UHGV virus genome: UHGV-1356101 | DNA: 37,233 nucleotides | Source: a virus | Strand: one strand, 5' to 3' | Shown here: positions 34,599-37,233 of the stretch, piece by piece | How positions within the stretch are numbered: position 1 is the stretch's first letter | Layout of the letters: every line of letters starts with the position of its first letter | The notes under the pieces: model-generated | What the model was told of the DNA's origin: nothing | The model's database searches: none | What the model saw: the letters and a program-made list of their open reading frames with translations, nothing else | Program-made: the position numbers and the translations under genes

Positions 34599-35179
34599 TT
34601 AAAAATTATCAAAATCTTCCTGTGTTGCTTTTCTAGCAGTCGTCTTTTCATCTTTTTTCTGGTTGTCGATATACTCTTGTACATAGTCCAGACAGTCACC
34701 GATCGTCATTTCTTCCATATCTTCGCTGGTTAATCCAACCTGTCGACAAACATAAAAAAAAGACTCATTTGTGAACGGTTCGCCACTCGATGAATCTTTA
34801 TCACTTATTTTTTTTTACTTGTTGGCATGGTATCTGTAAGTAAATCTTTTACCTCTCCCATAATCTCATTGAGTGGGAATACCTCAAATCCGTCCAACCA
34901 CTCCAGTGGATCCTGGATAGTCCTGTCTGCCGTTTTTGCCATTGTCCAGATAATGTCGTAAAACACCTCCATGTCCATGTGATCCAGCGATGCAAAAGAG
35001 ATATCCTGTATTCCAAGATTCCTTTTCGTTCCTTTTCCAAACACTTTCGCTACTTTCATCAGGTCTGCAAAATAATCTCTTCCAAACTGCGCTTTATATC
35101 TCTTCGGCAACGCTGCTGTTGATTTTAATTTCACTTGTTTTTCGTCAATGTAAATTGTTTTTTCCATAACATCCTCCAC
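34599..35179 (-). CDS. Tail assembly chaperone G/GT-type pair. The 0-frame product spans 34805..35179 (probable start at the second Met, 35167). A -1 frameshift on the A9 run (rc of 34808..34816) extends translation by about 70 aa to the stop at 34599.
   Basis: The gene ends ...AGT AAA AAA AAA TAA. The -1 frame then reads ISDKDSSSGEPFTNESFFYVCRQVGLTSEDMEEMTIGDCLDYVQEYIDNQKKDEKTTARKATQEDFDNF*. Position between the major tail protein and tape measure is the canonical gpG/gpGT site. Confidence 0.6.
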
Positions 35180-35209
35180 TTTTTCTATTTGGGCAGATCA
35201 CTCCGCCCT

Positions 35210-35298
35210 TTATTTCGCTTTACCTACTTTTGCCTTTCCAACTTTCCCCCTGCCTACCAAGGCGAGGTCTTCAGGGGGTGCTATTCCCCCGATTTTTC
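35210..35298 (-). promoter_or_regulatory. Putative -1 recoding element at the 3' end of the major tail protein gene. G5 run at 35286..35290, stop codon in a hairpin loop, and a -1 frame encoding ...GGIAPPEDLALVGRGKVGKAKVGKAK*.
   Basis: Paralogous to 307..392. The manual -1 frame translation is open from the TGA just upstream of the slip site to the TAA at 35210..35212. Confidence 0.5.
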
Positions 35299-35850
35299 AT
35301 ATACTGTTGTATACCAAGAGTTATATGTTGCTTCGTCAACTCCTGCTGCTGTGGATGCTTTAACTAAGTTGTCTGTCGGTCTCGGACTTGCCACAAGCGA
35401 AAGTTCTGTTGTGTTCGGTTCTCCACTGTCTTTTGTTGTACTTCCGACAGATGGTCTGTTTACAGAGCAGTAATAAAAGAGGTGTCTTGTCGCCTTGACA
35501 TCTCCCTGAAATTCGAACATCAGTGCGATATTTGCCACCTGTGCGTCAGAGTTTTCGAGAATCACACCTTTTTCTGTTTTCTCCTCTTTTAACACTTCTG
35601 TCCGGAATTCTTCCGGTACTCTTGCAAGCGTAAGTGTACCCTCGTATCCCTGATTATTTGCGTTGGTGTAATAATCAATATCATCTGCTTTAAACCGAAT
35701 CAGGTCGCCGCTCTTGTCGAATGTGATGCTTACCGCACCCGGCAATTTCTTCGGTGCACCGTACGTGATTTTTCCACTCTCACCCACTGTAACAACAGCG
35801 TAATAACAGTTTCTCAAGCCAAATTCCACTTTGTTTTCTTTTTCTGCCAT
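35281..35850 (-). CDS. Major tail protein (phi13/TP901-like family).
   Basis: 189 aa, located upstream of the chaperone and tape measure genes. Confidence 0.8.
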   Translation of the reverse strand: MAEKENKVEFGLRNCYYAVVTVGESGKITYGAPKKLPGAVSITFDKSGDLIRFKADDIDYYTNANNQGYEGTLTLARVPEEFRTEVLKEEKTEKGVILENSDAQVANIALMFEFQGDVKATRHLFYYCSVNRPSVGSTTKDSGEPNTTELSLVASPRPTDNLVKASTAAGVDEATYNSWYTTVYEKSGE

Positions 35851-35862
35851 GTTCTTTACCTC

Positions 35863-36180
35863 CTATATTTCAATTTCATATGCTTTCAAATACATATTTT
35901 CAGATTCTAAAAAACTCTCGTACGATTCATACGGGAGTTCATTACTGTTTAATAGTTCCTTTACTTTTTTCTCTAACTGCAAGTCTTTCTGATCCGTGTA
36001 TACCTCAATCGTGACGGCGTATCCCTCGTAATACACGGTGTCATCCGCATAAAATCCGATATCCTCGTCCACATAGTATACGATGTACGGTAATTCTGGT
36101 ACTTGACCGACTGCAAAACAACGATACGCAATCGGAAGATTGAGTGATTTTAACTTGTCTTTTAATTCTGGCAATATCAT
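35863..36180 (-). CDS. Tail completion / tail terminator-like protein.
   Basis: 105 aa, positioned between the gp10-like gene and the major tail protein. Confidence 0.4.
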   Translation of the reverse strand: MILPELKDKLKSLNLPIAYRCFAVGQVPELPYIVYYVDEDIGFYADDTVYYEGYAVTIEVYTDQKDLQLEKKVKELLNSNELPYESYESFLESENMYLKAYEIEI

Positions 36181-36181
36181 T

Positions 36182-36562
36182 TCACAGTCTCCTTTCCAAT
36201 TCTTCTACATACTCTTTTATGCATTCCTGTTCCACTTCTTCGATATGCGGATATGCTCGTACTTCACCGATTTTTCTCCCACCACGTTTCAACTGGTGTC
36301 CTTTTTCCAGTAAATGTGCTATGCGGTATGTTGGAGATTTATTGTACACCGTTATTCCATATTTATCGGTCGTTCTCGTCCAGTTCTTTGCATAAGTACC
36401 GCCATTCTTGCTCTTTGGACTATTTTCTCTTAGTTTTTTCGCAGCTTTTCCGGACACTTCCATTGCGACTTTCTGTGTGGTTTCTTTTACTTCTTCCGTG
36501 TATTCTTCAATCTGCCGCATAATTTCTCTTGCGAGTTTGTCAGCACTTATGCTTTCGCTCAT
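36182..36562 (-). CDS. HK97 gp10-family head-tail joining protein.
   Basis: 126 aa with a gp10-like pattern, in the head-tail joining position. Confidence 0.5.
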   Translation of the reverse strand: MSESISADKLAREIMRQIEEYTEEVKETTQKVAMEVSGKAAKKLRENSPKSKNGGTYAKNWTRTTDKYGITVYNKSPTYRIAHLLEKGHQLKRGGRKIGEVRAYPHIEEVEQECIKEYVEELERRL

Positions 36563-36870
36563 TTTTCAATCCTTTCCGTACAGGTCAGTTCCAACTCTTC
36601 CATGCTGATCTGATACGTTTTCACCACTTTCAGTTTCTTTCCGTGGAATCGGATATACCTCTGTCCTCCATATTCATAAGGATGCACGATCAAAATCTCT
36701 GAAATTTCCATGTTGTTCTGTCCAGCAAGGTAGAACTCATTTCTGGACACTTGCTCTTTACAGCACCAGATCTCCTGTTCCGTTTCAATCGGTACTTGCT
36801 GACCGAGTTCGTCCTCTTCATACCCGTTGGAAGATATCAATACTACTTTTTCATCCCATGTTCGATTCAT
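36559..36870 (-). CDS. Head closure / head-tail adaptor protein.
   Basis: 103 aa, positioned after the gp6-like connector. Confidence 0.5.
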   Translation of the reverse strand: MNRTWDEKVVLISSNGYEEDELGQQVPIETEQEIWCCKEQVSRNEFYLAGQNNMEISEILIVHPYEYGGQRYIRFHGKKLKVVKTYQISMEELELTCTERIEK

Positions 36871-37138
36871 TCTGCACCGCCTTAATCATCAGATTGTTCA
36901 ACCGAAACCGTATACTTCTTGGAATCACACCGTCTTCTGGATGATTGTACTTCCACGTAGCCCAATCCAGCACAAACAGGATGTGGTCATATCTCTCTTC
37001 CGTGATGCGAACGCCGTGTACATTTTTGCATTCGTCAAGAATACCATCTATGATCGCATAAAGGACGGAATCCCTACTATCTGTAGAGATTCCAAGTCTG
37101 TCTTTTAATAGTTGCAATACAATCACTCTCATAAGCAT
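36851..37138 (-). CDS. gp6-like head-tail connector protein (start likely the second ATG, 37132).
   Basis: The DSVLYAIIDGILDECKN segment is typical of the gp6-like connector family. An AAGGAG RBS lies 7 nt before the second ATG. Confidence 0.55.
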   Translation of the reverse strand: MLMRVIVLQLLKDRLGISTDSRDSVLYAIIDGILDECKNVHGVRITEERYDHILFVLDWATWKYNHPEDGVIPRSIRFRLNNLMIKAVQNESNMG

Positions 37139-37143
37139 ACTCC

Positions 37144-37233
37144 TTATGAATTCGCCATGATCCCCTGTTTTTCCATCTCCGCAAGAATCTCATTGATTTT
37201 ATTTTTCAGGTCAGTTGTTGTTTCTGTGGACAA
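37144..37233 (-). CDS. C-terminal 29 codons (...LSTETTTDLKNKINEILAEMEKQGIMANS*) of an ORF entering from the right edge; the likely 3' end of the gene starting at 294.
   Basis: The frame is open from 37233 to the TAA at 37146..37144, and 37233 is a codon boundary. Confidence 0.45.
   Translation of the reverse strand: MSTETTTDLKNKINEILAEMEKQGIMANS

Larger units (their letters stand above)
1..37233. mobile_element. Complete temperate siphovirus-like phage genome, circular/permuted representation. Modules are packaging-head-tail-lysis-attP/int-lysogeny-early-replication-late activator.
   Basis: Gene content is wholly phage-like with no host-like flanks. The integrase and attP candidate are internal, next to the lysis genes. 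An ORF continues in-frame across the window ends. Confidence 0.8.

Noticed and set aside
30278-34602. Multiple plus-strand ORFs inside the Dit and tape measure genes (for example 31912..32496, 32596..32943, 33766..34140).
   Set aside because: They are antisense to long well-supported structural genes, Ser/Pro/Ala-rich and low-complexity, and lack RBSs.
1-37233. Integrated prophage with host flanks.
   Set aside because: Gene order (lysis-attP-int contiguous and internal), an in-frame ORF across the ends, and absence of non-phage genes indicate a circular or virion-form genome.

Overview
The window appears to be one complete temperate siphovirus-type phage genome of about 37.2 kb, given in its circular, non-integrated form from a low-GC Firmicutes/Clostridia-like background. 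The integrase and a putative attP lie in the middle of the window rather than at an end, and a small ORF runs in-frame across the window ends (294..1 joins 37233..37144). Almost all genes are on the minus strand in a lambdoid order: Cro-like early genes, antirepressors and small unknowns; a recombination/replication block (Gp157, Rad52-like SSAP, NinB, NinG-like, RusA, and a replisome organizer with internal iterons); an anti-restriction-like cluster including Lar; a late activator; two phage-encoded tRNAs (tRNA-Asn plus a noncanonical tRNA-like gene); HNH, TerS and TerL; portal, protease and HK97-type capsid; head-tail joining genes; major tail protein, chaperone, tape measure, Dit and a 1632-aa Tal/fiber; then XhlA, holin and amidase. 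The plus-strand lysogeny operon (CI-like repressor, Ltp-like exclusion protein, integrase) sits opposite a consensus lytic promoter with three 15-bp TTCGA-N5-TCGAA operators. The most unusual signal is a roughly 75-nt element, about 80% identical, at the 3' ends of both the major capsid and major tail protein genes. It includes a G5 run around the stop codon, and the -1 frame of both copies encodes a conserved Lys/Gly-rich 24-26-aa peptide. This points to programmed -1 frameshifting that makes C-terminally extended capsid and tail proteins, on top of the canonical poly-A frameshift in the tail chaperone. Other notable features are a promoter-driven plus-strand moron inside the early lytic block, a zinc-ribbon-anchored Ltp-like protein, crossed terminators and 21-bp direct repeats at attP, and a tape measure protein with a C-terminal lytic transglycosylase domain.
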